Shown here: positions 9,701 to 19,067 of the stretch, piece by piece
Layout of the letters: each line of letters begins with the position of its first letter
Numbering within the stretch: position 1 is the first letter of the stretch
From: Acidobacteriota bacterium
GTDB taxonomy: Bacteria; Acidobacteriota; Terriglobia; Bryobacterales; Bryobacteraceae
Direction of reading: 5' to 3'
NCBI GenBank assembly: GCA_048498815.1
Contig: JBEHXG010000002.1
Span: 134,350 to 198,349, forward strand
DNA length: 64,000 nt
Program-made: the position numbers and the translations under genes
Notes under the pieces: model-generated
Seen by the model: only the letters and a program-made list of their open reading frames with translations
Told to the model about the DNA's origin: nothing
The model's database searches: none

Positions 9701-10492
9701 AATACTCAGCATTAGATTCGCCTCGATGTACGTATGTTTCTTATCGACCGCGATAAGAGTCTGTGCGGTGGTCTGGGCAGCCTCCCAATCCTTCTGGCGG
9801 ACTTCGACCGCGGTGAGGCACATGTAGGGGAAGAGTGGTTTGGGGTCTAGTCCGATGGCGCGTTCCAGTGCGGGGCGTGCTTCGTCGGGCTTGTCCAGAT
9901 TGGAATAGAGGATGCCGAGCCCGGACCAGCCCGCGGCGAAGGTCGGAGCCTTTTCGACTACGGCGCGCATGGGGGCCTCGGCGGCGGTCCAGTTCCGCGC
10001 AAGAATCAGATCGGTGGCCTGATTCCAGCTGCGGGAAGCTGCGCGCGGGACATTGGGATCGCGTTCGCTCGCAAGAACATTCGTGTGCGTTGCCGGACTC
10101 AGGACGATATCGGGCAGGCGCGGGTTGTTGAGGATCTGCTTGTTAGTGAGGTCGATGCTGGTAGAGACGAAGCCATGGTCATAGGCTTCCAGCCTGCATG
10201 CGACCGGCGTCATGTCGGCGGCGAGAATCTGAGCGAAAGGGTCGACATCGAGCCGGACGAAATACTCGCCGGTTTTAGCCGAGGCGACACCCTCGTGGAC
10301 CGGGCGGTCGGCGCCACTGCAGACTCGCTCAATGACGACAAGGTGGCCCAGTGTTGCGCCGTCGTCGCGGACTACTTTTCCGTGAAAGATTGTGTCATAT
10401 GCCCGCGCCTGGGGGACCCAGGGGAGCAGGAGGAGGACCGGCAGCAGGAGTAGGCGTCGCGAGGGGTACACAGTAGACGTAATATATGTCAT
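6701..10492 (-). CDS. Large (1263 aa) secreted protein: signal peptide, TPR repeats, long uncharacterised middle, C-terminal VWA domain of the Acidobacterial TIGR03436 type
   Basis: Signal peptide LLLLPVLLLLPWVPQARA. TPR-like AW.GLG.LY / A...L.RA..LDP repeats occupy about residues 170-340. The C-terminus reads FSVQEQGAAKPVFAFENRNAPISVALLFDTTGSMTN (a MIDAS-like DxxGS) and FIIVFTDGSDNAS. Confidence 0.75.
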   Translation of the reverse strand: MTYITSTVYPSRRLLLLPVLLLLPWVPQARAYDTIFHGKVVRDDGATLGHLVVIERVCSGADRPVHEGVASAKTGEYFVRLDVDPFAQILAADMTPVACRLEAYDHGFVSTSIDLTNKQILNNPRLPDIVLSPATHTNVLASERDPNVPRAASRSWNQATDLILARNWTAAEAPMRAVVEKAPTFAAGWSGLGILYSNLDKPDEARPALERAIGLDPKPLFPYMCLTAVEVRQKDWEAAQTTAQTLIAVDKKHTYIEANLMLSIALYQQRQFDNALIAVTEAIRLDKLHQLPRAQYVQGLILEAKGDLEGAGQRLRDYIAQHPRAKDIATVNERLANLGKSPIDDLSAELSTLDLRAAAPGESPVPGGIKAFSAVAQLKDDPSYDDFFLNYSRAIVAGGPTAEAADDIRIFIATVAALESLGERKDDTTTVRLSFTTDDAVRKARDILLQSGWKLISKGDQYDLEPGDVANDGLRAWALTCLGVDEIALRQAVRQKHDFSFTIPRENARLIGGAAWGVLLKGVPDMPGGPIEVFSRDRRFPKIYLGLAGMDAETAGAIVSATGLNNLIVKDSRLLAEFGDSIVLTARKVQVPGGAAAEPAWTKLVGTKPENAAQFLRALFDKDQGRLMAFYYDVAHADLPRRQYITQTTDRAQSFYNWYRDSILPTALPPAEDRWQAAILQNVLLPSGKLSFPGGPEAWGARGDGTDEIMQRRVPGPVLVSISRLQEKRHAPFTPDAVRLLIRHESEWRNLFPSFEKLPALDAPDFAALETFAAEAQKAAPERRDMLLGDWYSLVELASLGVQSGAVSNQQAAQYFRQACEAMRAPDASARAIQILRAMAGGAADLDAALANQLLRLSGQRLEAFETIKHVQSVPSFASLEKNPTDAATLAALSGSVYAALLDPSYLLVAEDPQLLARHNFIPVDAQETIFGSSRLAVSNTPPGSHFVGGFGDFRSVSKALRKQVVGPLLPEVASLNEPFSEAATTTGISEAPPPADVVFKAGGRIVEVTATVTDWRGRYVDDLTGAQFSVQEQGAAKPVFAFENRNAPISVALLFDTTGSMTNTLPLLKAAALQLVDDLRPTDSVAVYTFSDSVNENQPLTTDKEAARRAIAQTHAAGTTALHDALVRVNRDLSTRGGKKFIIVFTDGSDNASMLTSALSIERAKANGIPIYTIAEGDAITEPQVVGELARMSKATGGSQFLIHKLGDIAPVFEKVSQELMHGYLLAFQPSPGDSHEWRTIKVVLSGGSTLQVRAREGFYVE

Positions 10493-10703
10493 TCCGGTTC
10501 ACGGCGCATCTTTATCTTAAAAATATGGGTACCGAACGCCACGGTTTGGCCTCTTGGGCATGCATCAGTTCGTCCGCCGCGACATTCGTTCTCCTGATGC
10601 GACGCGTGGGGACGTTGCCTGGTATGATGGATGGCGCCGGGCCGGTATGGGTCGCGAATCGCCATAACCCCGGCGCGTTTCATCCGTCAATACACATATA
10701 TCT

Positions 10704-11666
10704 ATGATCAAAGCCGAAGGTCTGACCAAGCGATACGCTCGCCATGTAGCGGTCAAGAATATTTCCTTCGAAGTCGGCAAGGGCGAGATCGTGGGTTTTC
10801 TGGGCAAGAACGGTGCCGGGAAAACGACCACGATGCGCGTTCTGACATGCTTTCTGCCGCCCACATCGGGTAAGGCGAGCGTGGCCGGTTTCGACGTGGT
10901 GGAACAATCGCTCGATGTTAAGAAGAACATCGGATATCTGCCGGAGACACCACCGGTTTATCCGGAGATGGAAGTTGGCGAATACCTGACTTTCGTAGCG
11001 AAGCTCAAGGGTATCGCCAGTCCGGATGTGGCGAAGCGTGTGGGCGACGTAATTGATCGCACGTCGCTGGGGAACGTGCGGTCGTCAATCATTGGCAAAC
11101 TTTCGAAGGGCTACCGGCAGCGCGTCGGCATCGCGCAGGCGATTATTCACAACCCCCCGGTTCTGATTCTGGATGAACCGACGTCGGGGCTTGATCCGGA
11201 GCAGCAGCGCGAGGCGCGGCAACTGATTGCCAGCCTGTCGGGCGATCACACAATCATTCTGAGCACGCACATTCTGTCGGAGGTCGAGCAATCCTGCAGC
11301 AAGGTCATCATTATTAACGCCGGTGAGATCATCGCGGTGGATTCGGTGGCGAATCTGCATCACCGTCGCAAGGGCGGCGAGATGGTGTCCGTTCAGGTGG
11401 CGGGCGCGAATGAAGCGGAGGTGCGGCAGAAACTTGAGCTTGTGAGCGGCGTGGCGCGCGTGGTTGGCGCGGACGCTCCGGCTGGGTTCGTCGGTTTTGA
11501 GGTGGAGAGTCTGGAGCAGTATTCGATTCGTCCGGAACTGGCGCGCGCGGTTGTGCAGTCCGGCTGGGATTTGACGGAGCTGCGAACGGTGGGCGAGTCG
11601 CTGGAGGAAATCTTCCTCGAACTCACGAAATCGGAATCCAAAGTGAAGAGTGGAGAAGCGGCCTGA
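10704..11666 (+). CDS. ABC transporter ATP-binding protein (ABC-2/GldA-like)
   Basis: Walker A GKNGAGKTT, signature LSKGYRQRVGIAQA, Walker B LILDEPTSGLD. The stop overlaps the start of the next gene (ATGA-type junction at 11666). Confidence 0.85.
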   Translation: MIKAEGLTKRYARHVAVKNISFEVGKGEIVGFLGKNGAGKTTTMRVLTCFLPPTSGKASVAGFDVVEQSLDVKKNIGYLPETPPVYPEMEVGEYLTFVAKLKGIASPDVAKRVGDVIDRTSLGNVRSSIIGKLSKGYRQRVGIAQAIIHNPPVLILDEPTSGLDPEQQREARQLIASLSGDHTIILSTHILSEVEQSCSKVIIINAGEIIAVDSVANLHHRRKGGEMVSVQVAGANEAEVRQKLELVSGVARVVGADAPAGFVGFEVESLEQYSIRPELARAVVQSGWDLTELRTVGESLEEIFLELTKSESKVKSGEAA

Positions 11667-12430
11667 TGAGAAACGTACTGACGATTTGCGGTAAGGAAGT
11701 ACGGGCGTATTTCGCTTCGCCCATTGCTTACCTGCTGATGGGGATGTTCGGGCTCATCACGGGTTTCATGTTCTACATGGCGACGGCAGTGTTTATCAAC
11801 GCGGGCACCCAGCAGCAGATGCAGGGTGGCGGGCCGATGAGCATCAACGACTATGTGATTGCGCCGCTGCTGGGGAATGCGGGCGTGATCGGACTTTTTC
11901 TGATTCCGCTGATTTCAATGCGGCTGTTTGCGGAAGAAAAGCGTTCCGGGACGATTGAGTTGCTGCTGACCTCGCCTGTGAGCGACTGGGAAATCATTCT
12001 CGGCAAGTGGCTGGGCGCGATGGCGATGTATCTGGCGGTGATCGGGATGTCCGCCATTAACGTCGCGATGCTGTTTGCGTGGAGCACGCCGGACTGGCGT
12101 CCGATTCTGACCGGTTATCTGGGTTTAATTCTGCAGGGCGCCACCGTGCTGGCGATTGGCACGTTTATTTCAACTACGACCCGGAACCAGATCATTGCGG
12201 GCGGAGTGACCTTCGCGGTATGTCTGCTGTTGTGGGTACTTTCGTGGCTGAGCAATTACAGCGATACGGCGATCGGTAAGGCTTTCGCGTACTGCTCGAT
12301 TCTGGTTCACTTCGAGCCATTTTCGAAGGGGATTGTAGATACAAAGGATGTGATTTTTTACTGCTCGGCGATCTTCCTGGGACTGTTTCTGACGGCCCGC
12401 TCGCTTGAGTCTCTGAGGTGGAGAGCGTAA
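11666..12430 (+). CDS. ABC-2 family permease (GldF-like)
   Basis: A 254-aa protein with about 6 hydrophobic segments, following its ATPase directly. The EEKRSGTIELLLTSP motif is typical of ABC-2 permeases. Confidence 0.75.
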   Translation: MRNVLTICGKEVRAYFASPIAYLLMGMFGLITGFMFYMATAVFINAGTQQQMQGGGPMSINDYVIAPLLGNAGVIGLFLIPLISMRLFAEEKRSGTIELLLTSPVSDWEIILGKWLGAMAMYLAVIGMSAINVAMLFAWSTPDWRPILTGYLGLILQGATVLAIGTFISTTTRNQIIAGGVTFAVCLLLWVLSWLSNYSDTAIGKAFAYCSILVHFEPFSKGIVDTKDVIFYCSAIFLGLFLTARSLESLRWRA

Positions 12431-13797
12431 TGGCCGAAAAGACTTCCTGGATGAAGACGCGCCAAACGCGCTATGGCGCTTACGCCGGCGTTTACGTGCT
12501 GGTCGTTTTGGCTGTGCTCGTGGTAGGCAACTGGCTGGCGAGCAGCCATAACAAGACCGTGGACGTAACGGCCAACAAGCAGTACACACTTTCCGATCAG
12601 ACGAAGAAGGTAGTGGGGAATCTGAAGTCGGAGATTCGGCTTTATTACTTCGATCGTTCGGACGGTTACGAGCGGGCCCGGGACATTCTGGACCGCTATA
12701 CGAACCTCTCTTCGAATCTGAAAGTCAGCTACGTCGACCCCGATAAGAAGCCCGATATTGCTCGCGCCGAAGGCGCTCGCAGCATGGGCGACCTGATTGT
12801 GGATAACGGCGTTAAGAAAGAAACCGCCAAGGGTCTGACGGAAGAAGAACTGACGGGTGCGATCATCCGCGTGATTAAGAATGGCGAGCGGATGGCCTGT
12901 TTCGTGAAGGGATCGGGCGAGCACAGCCTGGATGGTACAGGCCGCGACGGCTACTCCACGCTGAAGACGGCGCTCGAACGGAACAACTATAAGACGCAGT
13001 CGATCTCACTGATTGAGAAGCCGGAGGTGCCGAAAGAATGCACGATTGTGGTGGTGGGCGGTCCGAAGCACGATTATCTGCAGCCCGCGATTGATGCGCT
13101 AAAGGCTTTCGTCGCGAATGGCGGACGGCTCATCGTGAATCTCGATCCGGTGCTGAAGCTTCCGCCGCCGGACGACGCGCTGGGAGATACGCCGAATCTC
13201 ACTGCGATGGTGGCCGGCTGGGGCGTTACCGCGAAGGGCGATGTGGTGCTCGATCTGAGCGCGGCAAGCCAGATGTTCGGGCAGCTTTCCCCGGTGGTGG
13301 GCACTTACGGATCGCATCCGATCGTTCGCGTGATGCAGGACACTGCATCCGTTATGCCGCTTTCGCGGAGTATCGAAGCAAAGTCTCCCGCCGAGACGCT
13401 GTTCTCATCGACCAGCGCGAGCTACTCGCTGACGAATCCGAAGATTCCGATTAAGGAATCGGATATCGATAAGGGCGCGAAGGGGCCGTTTGTGCTGGGC
13501 GCCGCCGCCACGATCGGTTCAGGCGATAAGGCCGGACGCGTTGTCGTTGTTGGTAGTTCGGACTGGATGTCGAACTTCATCCTCGGTGCACCGATCGGCA
13601 ACCGCGATCTTGCTCTGAACATGATGAACTGGCTGACGTCGGATGAGGATTTGATTTCGATTCGTCCGAAGCAGCCGGAGGATCGGCGTTTGCAGATCAG
13701 CGCCAGCGGAATCCGCATGCTGTTTTTCACGAGCGTGATCGGATTGCCGCTCATCGTGATTCTGTCCGGCTTCTCCACATGGTGGAAACGGAGATAG
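12430..13797 (+). CDS. GldG-like ABC-transporter auxiliary component (ABC_transp_aux type)
   Basis: ATG at 12430 overlaps the permease stop (TAATG). It has an N-terminal TM and a C-terminal TM (LFFTSVIGLPLIVILSGF). The conserved order after GldA/GldF-like genes is kept, with YTLSDQTKKVV..L..EI.LYYF and VVVVGSSDW blocks. Confidence 0.7.
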   Translation: MAEKTSWMKTRQTRYGAYAGVYVLVVLAVLVVGNWLASSHNKTVDVTANKQYTLSDQTKKVVGNLKSEIRLYYFDRSDGYERARDILDRYTNLSSNLKVSYVDPDKKPDIARAEGARSMGDLIVDNGVKKETAKGLTEEELTGAIIRVIKNGERMACFVKGSGEHSLDGTGRDGYSTLKTALERNNYKTQSISLIEKPEVPKECTIVVVGGPKHDYLQPAIDALKAFVANGGRLIVNLDPVLKLPPPDDALGDTPNLTAMVAGWGVTAKGDVVLDLSAASQMFGQLSPVVGTYGSHPIVRVMQDTASVMPLSRSIEAKSPAETLFSSTSASYSLTNPKIPIKESDIDKGAKGPFVLGAAATIGSGDKAGRVVVVGSSDWMSNFILGAPIGNRDLALNMMNWLTSDEDLISIRPKQPEDRRLQISASGIRMLFFTSVIGLPLIVILSGFSTWWKRR

Positions 13798-13807
13798 AAG
13801 CGCGGCC

Positions 13808-15118
13808 ATGATGAAAACACACGGACTCATCACAGCGGTGGGCGTGCTGGCCATTCTGGGCGGGTATGCCTGGTGGGCTAACCGGCATCCGGCGGCCGAT
13901 ACGGCTGCCGCGCCGGCGACGCCGCAGATTACGTCGATTGCTGCGGACCAGATTCAGTCGATCCGGATCGCAAAAGCCGGATCCGATCCTGTAGTGCTGG
14001 ATAAGACTTCGGGCCAGTGGAAGGTGCAGGCCGGCGATAAGGCGCTGGCGGCGGATCAGGATGCCGTCAGCGGATTCACGAGCGCGGTTTCGCCTTTGAA
14101 TTCGGATCGATTGATCGATGAGCATCCACAGAGTCTGGGCTCATTTGGCCTGGATTCGCCGTCAAACGAAATCGATTTCACGCTGAAAGATGGAAAGACC
14201 ACGAAGCTGCTGCTGGGGGCGGATACGGTTTCCGGCAGCGATACTTATGTGAAGCTGGATGGCGATCCCAGGGTCTATATCGTTTCAGGGCAGGTGAAAT
14301 CGGGATTCGATAAGTCGGCGGCGGATTTCCGGGACAAGCGGCTGCTGTTGCTGAACGGGGACAAGATTACGTCGGTTACGCTGACGGCTAAGGGTCCGGC
14401 GGTGGAATTCAGCAAGAATGCCGGCGGCGACTGGCAGATTACGAAGCCGAAGCCGATGCGCGCGGATGGTGGCGTGGTAGATGATCTGGTGGGCAAGGTG
14501 AAGGACGTTCACATGGACCTGAGCGCCACTCCGACGGCAGCCGAGTTCGCGGCGGCTTCAAAGGTGGGGTCTGTTACCTTGACCGACGACAAGGGCCCGC
14601 AGACGATTGAGTTTCGCAAGGGCAAGGACGAGGCTTACTACGCAAAGAGTTCGGCGGTCGAGGGCCTTTACAAGGTCGCGGCAGATGCGGCAAAGGCGGT
14701 AGACAAATCCGGGGACGACTTCCGCAATAAGAAGCTCTTCGATTTCGGGTTCACCGATCCATCGAAGATCGATATCGGCGGGAAGCTCTACGAGAAAACC
14801 GGCGATAAGTGGTACAACGGGCAAACGCAGATTGATCCGGTTTCGATTCAGACGGTGGTTGATAAGCTGCGCGATCTGACTGCAACGAAGTTCGGCGATA
14901 AGATCGCCGGGGCGTCGACGCTTACGGTGTCCGTCACATGGGGCGATAAAGGCAAAATCGATAAGGTCACCGTCAATAAGAATGGCGCCGATTACATCGG
15001 AGTCCGCGATGGCGATGCTGCGGCTTATGCTCTGGATGGCAAGACCGTCGAAGATCTGCAGCAATCCATCGCGGGCATCAAGCCTTCCACACCGGCGAAG
15101 GCTGATACTAAGAAGTAG
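13808..15118 (+). CDS. DUF4340-like protein (N-terminal anchor, repeated beta-rich modules)
   Basis: It has an N-terminal TM (GLITAVGVLAILGGYAWW). It occupies the position immediately after the GldG-like gene, where DUF4340 proteins usually sit. There are repeated ...D.I.S..L/I...G modules. The assignment rests on context plus general composition. Confidence 0.5.
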   Translation: MMKTHGLITAVGVLAILGGYAWWANRHPAADTAAAPATPQITSIAADQIQSIRIAKAGSDPVVLDKTSGQWKVQAGDKALAADQDAVSGFTSAVSPLNSDRLIDEHPQSLGSFGLDSPSNEIDFTLKDGKTTKLLLGADTVSGSDTYVKLDGDPRVYIVSGQVKSGFDKSAADFRDKRLLLLNGDKITSVTLTAKGPAVEFSKNAGGDWQITKPKPMRADGGVVDDLVGKVKDVHMDLSATPTAAEFAAASKVGSVTLTDDKGPQTIEFRKGKDEAYYAKSSAVEGLYKVAADAAKAVDKSGDDFRNKKLFDFGFTDPSKIDIGGKLYEKTGDKWYNGQTQIDPVSIQTVVDKLRDLTATKFGDKIAGASTLTVSVTWGDKGKIDKVTVNKNGADYIGVRDGDAAAYALDGKTVEDLQQSIAGIKPSTPAKADTKK

Positions 15119-15150
15119 ATGAATTCGGCGGCTGGGAGCGCAATGCTTCC

Positions 15151-16440
15151 GTGAATGGACTGCTCACTGATCTGTATGAGCTTACGATGGCGGCTGGCTA
15201 TTTCGCCGCGGGAAAGCACACGGAATCGGCGACCTTTGAGCTGACGATCCGGCGACTGCCGCGCAATCGCGATTTCGTGATCGCAGCGGGGTTGCACAGT
15301 GCGATTGAGTATCTTCAGAGTCTGCGTTTCGCACCAAATGAGATCGCGTATCTGCGAGGTCTTCCCAGCCTGAAAAACGCGGCGCCGGGATTCTGGGACT
15401 ATTTGGCCGACTTCCGATTCACGGGCGATGTCTTTGCGGTGCCGGAAGGTACTGTGCTCTATGAGGGCCAGCCCGTGCTCAATGTGCGAGCCCCGCTCAT
15501 GGAAGGCCAGATACCGGAAACCTATCTGCTGGCTTCCATTGGCTACGAGACTCTTGTCGCCACAAAAGCCGCGCGGATTGTTCACTCAGCGGCAGGACGC
15601 GACATCATTGAATTCGGGACGCGCCGGGCGCATACGCCGGAGGCGGGCGTGTTGGGCGCGCGCGCGGCATATATCGGCGGGTGTGCGGGAACGAGTAATA
15701 CGCTGGCGGGCTATAAATTCGGCATTCCCGTGCTGGGTACTGCCGCCCATTCCTGGGTGATGGCCTTTGCTTCCGAAACGGAAGCTTTCGAGCGTCTGCA
15801 GAAGCTGCTGGGAGAGCGCACCGTTCATCTGATCGACACGTACGACACTCTGGAGGGGGCACGAACGGCGGCACGGGTTGGACGTCCGCTGTGGGGCGTG
15901 CGACTGGATAGCGGCGATCTGATCGCGCTTTCGCGTGAGGTGCGGGCGATTCTGGATGGCGCCGGTTTGCGGGAGGCGCGCATTATGGCCAGCGGCGATC
16001 TGGATGAGCTGAAGATTGCGGAAATGGTTGCGGCAGGTGCGCCGATCGATGCGTTCGGCGTGGGGACCGAACTGACTACGTCCGCCGATGCACCATCGAT
16101 TGGCGCAGTGTATAAGGTAGTGGAAATTGGGGGCGCCGGGAGCGTGCGATACCCGGTGAAGTCGAGCCCGCAGAAACAGACGACGCCAGGCGCTAAGCAG
16201 TTGTTCCGGCTTCCGGATCATGATGTGCTGGGCCTGGCGACCGAGTGCGTGAGTGGATCGGAAGCGCTGCTGCGTCCTGTCCTTCTGAATGGGCGGCTGG
16301 TGCAGGATCTGCCGGATGCGTCGGAAGCGCGGGAGCGCGCGGCGCAATGCTTTACCCACTGGCCGCGGTGCGACCGGCGGACCGATGTTTCTGCCCGATT
16401 GCGTACGCTTACCGAACAGGTACGGGGAACTGAGGCGTGA
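15151..16440 (+). CDS. pncB: Nicotinate phosphoribosyltransferase
   Basis: The N-terminus LLTDLYELTMAAGYF and the blocks FGTRRAH and GTSN..AG..FGIPV.GT.AHSW are characteristic of NAPRTase. It overlaps the downstream nicotinamidase gene by 4 nt. Confidence 0.85.
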   Translation: MNGLLTDLYELTMAAGYFAAGKHTESATFELTIRRLPRNRDFVIAAGLHSAIEYLQSLRFAPNEIAYLRGLPSLKNAAPGFWDYLADFRFTGDVFAVPEGTVLYEGQPVLNVRAPLMEGQIPETYLLASIGYETLVATKAARIVHSAAGRDIIEFGTRRAHTPEAGVLGARAAYIGGCAGTSNTLAGYKFGIPVLGTAAHSWVMAFASETEAFERLQKLLGERTVHLIDTYDTLEGARTAARVGRPLWGVRLDSGDLIALSREVRAILDGAGLREARIMASGDLDELKIAEMVAAGAPIDAFGVGTELTTSADAPSIGAVYKVVEIGGAGSVRYPVKSSPQKQTTPGAKQLFRLPDHDVLGLATECVSGSEALLRPVLLNGRLVQDLPDASEARERAAQCFTHWPRCDRRTDVSARLRTLTEQVRGTEA

Positions 16441-17021
16441 AGGCATTCTTCGATATCGATACGCAGCTGGATTTCATGGCTCCCGGCGGCGCGCTGTATG
16501 GTCCGGGTGCGGAGCGGTTGATTCGGCCCGTGGCGGAGCTGAACCGGCGCGCGGCCTCGCTCGGAATTCCGGTGATATCTTCAACCGATGCGCATCCGGA
16601 AAATGCGGATGAGTTCAGGGTCTGGCCTCCGCATTGTGTCACCGGCACGTTCGGTCAGGGCAAGGTAGGCGCGACGCTGCTGGAGAAGCGCGGTGTACTG
16701 CCGAATGATCCGGCCTTCGACTGGGGATCGTTCGATACGGCGGTGAATCAGATTATTGTTGAGAAGAATGATCTCGATCTGTTTAGTAACCCGCACCTCC
16801 CCGCCCTGCTGGAAAAACTCGGGATTCGGGAGTGTGTCGTCTACGGGGTGTTCGTGGATTACTGCGTGAAGTGCGCAGTGATGGGGCTGGTCCGGTCGGG
16901 ACGGAGGGTCTCGCTGGTGCGGGATGCGTCGGACTCGATTTCCGCAGAGGCGGGAGCGGCGGTTGTGGCGGATTTTGTGGCCTTGGGCGGGCAGGTGATT
17001 TCGAGCGCGGACGCTGTATGA
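16437..17021 (+). CDS. pncA: Nicotinamidase / isochorismatase-family hydrolase
   Basis: An isochorismatase-like fold with D (FFDIDTQLDF), K (IIVEKNDLD) and C (VFVDYCVKC) catalytic positions. It is coupled to pncB. Confidence 0.75.
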   Translation: MKAFFDIDTQLDFMAPGGALYGPGAERLIRPVAELNRRAASLGIPVISSTDAHPENADEFRVWPPHCVTGTFGQGKVGATLLEKRGVLPNDPAFDWGSFDTAVNQIIVEKNDLDLFSNPHLPALLEKLGIRECVVYGVFVDYCVKCAVMGLVRSGRRVSLVRDASDSISAEAGAAVVADFVALGGQVISSADAV

Positions 17022-19027
17022 AGCGTATCCTGATGCTGCTGGCGCTGGCGGGTTCGCTGGGCTCTTCTCTGTCAGTCGCGGCGCCGGTTTGGGATTCAAC
17101 CGGCAATGGATTGCTGAAGGGCGATTACAACTTTCGTGAAGTCGTCTATGTTTCCGATGGCACGGGCGCGATGCTTCAGGAGATCGCCTACTTCGGGACG
17201 ATTACGTTCGACGGCCTTGGTAGTTACACGCTATCGGGTAATAACACGCTGATGAACACTGGCAGCACGATCGTAATACCTGCAGTTGGCACTTATTCGG
17301 TGGCCGCAAATGGGTATGGTTTTTTATCGAACCCCGTGCGGGCGGGCGTTTCGGTTCATTTTTTAGCGTCAAATGGAATTCTATTGGGAAGTTCGACGGA
17401 GAATAGCGGATCGAGCGGGAGTTTCGCGAACGATCTTTTTATCGCATCGGCGGCTACGCCGTCCTTTGGGATCGCCAGCTTCAATGGCACTTATACGATT
17501 GCAGGATATCTGCCGGCAAATCTCAAAGGCGTGGCGAATCCGCAGGACGTCAGCTATCAGCTGAATCCCGATGGCGCGGGCCATCTGGGCACCGTGAATT
17601 TTCAGAGCTACTCCGCAGTCGGGCAGAACACACAACTCAGTCAGGCGGTGTCGGGCGTTAGTTACACCTTTATCGGCGGCGTGGCCTCGGTTGCGCTGCC
17701 CGCGAACGGATACACGAACCTTCCCGGCGGCGAGACTCTGTATTTGTCGGCGGATACAAATTTTGTGTTTGGGGGCTCGCCGAACGGGTTCGACATTTTC
17801 GTAGGCGTGCGCAACACCGCGAATTCTGCCCTGTCGACGGGCCTCTATTACGAAGCCGGAATCGATGAAGATGTATCGGAGTTTTACGGCGGCGAGACAA
17901 CGCAGCTGGATAGCTACTACGGAACATTCAACTTAACCGGCAGCGCGGTTGTTGGACACGAGCGCCTGCTTTATGCGGGTTCGGCGCCGGAAAATTTCGG
18001 TTACGCCCTGTATCCACGGGTTGAGATAGTTTCCTCTTTCCAACCGGTTCTCAATCCGGGCTCGTATCCCGGAGCGGCAAACGTGGGGCAACTGGATAGT
18101 TCCGCTGTCATGAACTATCAGATCGGAGCTGGTGGAATTCGTATCGGTGTCGGGATTGGACCGTGGCTCGGGATTGAAGCGGCGATTCCCGCCGCTAAAC
18201 TAAATCCGTCCGGGTTGGCGTTCCTCGATCCTTCCGGTATTGTGAACACCGCGAGTTCCGCACCCTTCACCTCCGGTATCTCACCGGGCGAGTTCATTAC
18301 GCTCTACAACGGCGTTGGTCTCTCGAATACATCGGGCTGCTGGACGGCCGGTCCGCCGTTCCCAACCACACTGAGCGGAGTTCAGGTCCTGATCAACGGA
18401 GTTGCCGCGCCGATATACTGCGTGGGTCCGCAGATTACGGCGATCGTTCCGTTTGGGGTGAGTGCGAATCCGATCGCGAGCATTCAGGTGTTGAATGGCG
18501 GCGTAAGTTCCAACGTGGTGACGGCATATGTATACAAGACGACGCCCGGAGTTTTCACGGCGCCGGCCGGAGGCGTTGGTCTTGCCGCCGCCCAGCACGG
18601 AGACTATTCGCTGATCACGCCTTCCCATCCGGCGATGCCCGGCGAAACGATTGTGGTCTATCTTTCGGGGCTCGGCAGCGTGTTTCCGGTGAACGGCGTT
18701 GCTGCGGTGGATGGCGGCGCCACCGGTCCCAATGGCGACACGACAGTGGCAAACATCGGCGTTGACGTGGCCGGGTTCGGATCGACATCGATTTATTACG
18801 CGGGACTGACTCCGTCAACGGCAGGTCTGTATCAGATTAACTTCACTGTGCCGGAGTCGGCTCCGGCGGGTAATGATGCGCTGGCAGTTGTGGGCCCGAA
18901 TTCTTTTTCGACGCAGGCTCTGCTGCCCGTTGGAGGCGGACCCGGGGCACATTTGGAGCGACGCAGTATCCGAAGATACCTGCCGCGCCTGAGCCCTTCC
19001 CCTCAAACGGGAACGATTTCGCATTGA
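17018..19027 (+). CDS. Secreted ~669-aa protein ending in doubled TIGR03437 (Soli_cterm) domains
   Basis: I take the start as the ATG at 17018 (MKRILMLLALAGSLGSSLSVAAP signal peptide), which overlaps the pncA stop. The 62 codons upstream in the listed ORF overlap pncA. C-terminal blocks are SPGEFITLYNGVGL, FPTTLSGVQVLINGVAAPIYCVGPQITAIVPF and GLTPSTAGLYQINFTVP. Confidence 0.8.
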   Translation: MKRILMLLALAGSLGSSLSVAAPVWDSTGNGLLKGDYNFREVVYVSDGTGAMLQEIAYFGTITFDGLGSYTLSGNNTLMNTGSTIVIPAVGTYSVAANGYGFLSNPVRAGVSVHFLASNGILLGSSTENSGSSGSFANDLFIASAATPSFGIASFNGTYTIAGYLPANLKGVANPQDVSYQLNPDGAGHLGTVNFQSYSAVGQNTQLSQAVSGVSYTFIGGVASVALPANGYTNLPGGETLYLSADTNFVFGGSPNGFDIFVGVRNTANSALSTGLYYEAGIDEDVSEFYGGETTQLDSYYGTFNLTGSAVVGHERLLYAGSAPENFGYALYPRVEIVSSFQPVLNPGSYPGAANVGQLDSSAVMNYQIGAGGIRIGVGIGPWLGIEAAIPAAKLNPSGLAFLDPSGIVNTASSAPFTSGISPGEFITLYNGVGLSNTSGCWTAGPPFPTTLSGVQVLINGVAAPIYCVGPQITAIVPFGVSANPIASIQVLNGGVSSNVVTAYVYKTTPGVFTAPAGGVGLAAAQHGDYSLITPSHPAMPGETIVVYLSGLGSVFPVNGVAAVDGGATGPNGDTTVANIGVDVAGFGSTSIYYAGLTPSTAGLYQINFTVPESAPAGNDALAVVGPNSFSTQALLPVGGGPGAHLERRSIRRYLPRLSPSPQTGTISH

Positions 19028-19067
19028 AACGCAAACTACTTATACGTCGTCAATGAGGTAAGACTTT

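Noticed and set aside
16832-17017. N-terminal extensions of listed ORFs: 16832 (versus 17018), 26471 (versus 26597), 30817 (versus 30925), 32202 (versus 32337), 41531 (versus 41309), 49767 (versus 50010), 51803 (versus 51965), 56754 (versus 56697).
   Set aside because: The extensions overlap the upstream gene or are Arg/Gly-rich. Internal starts give canonical signal peptides and/or RBS and 4-nt stop-start overlaps.
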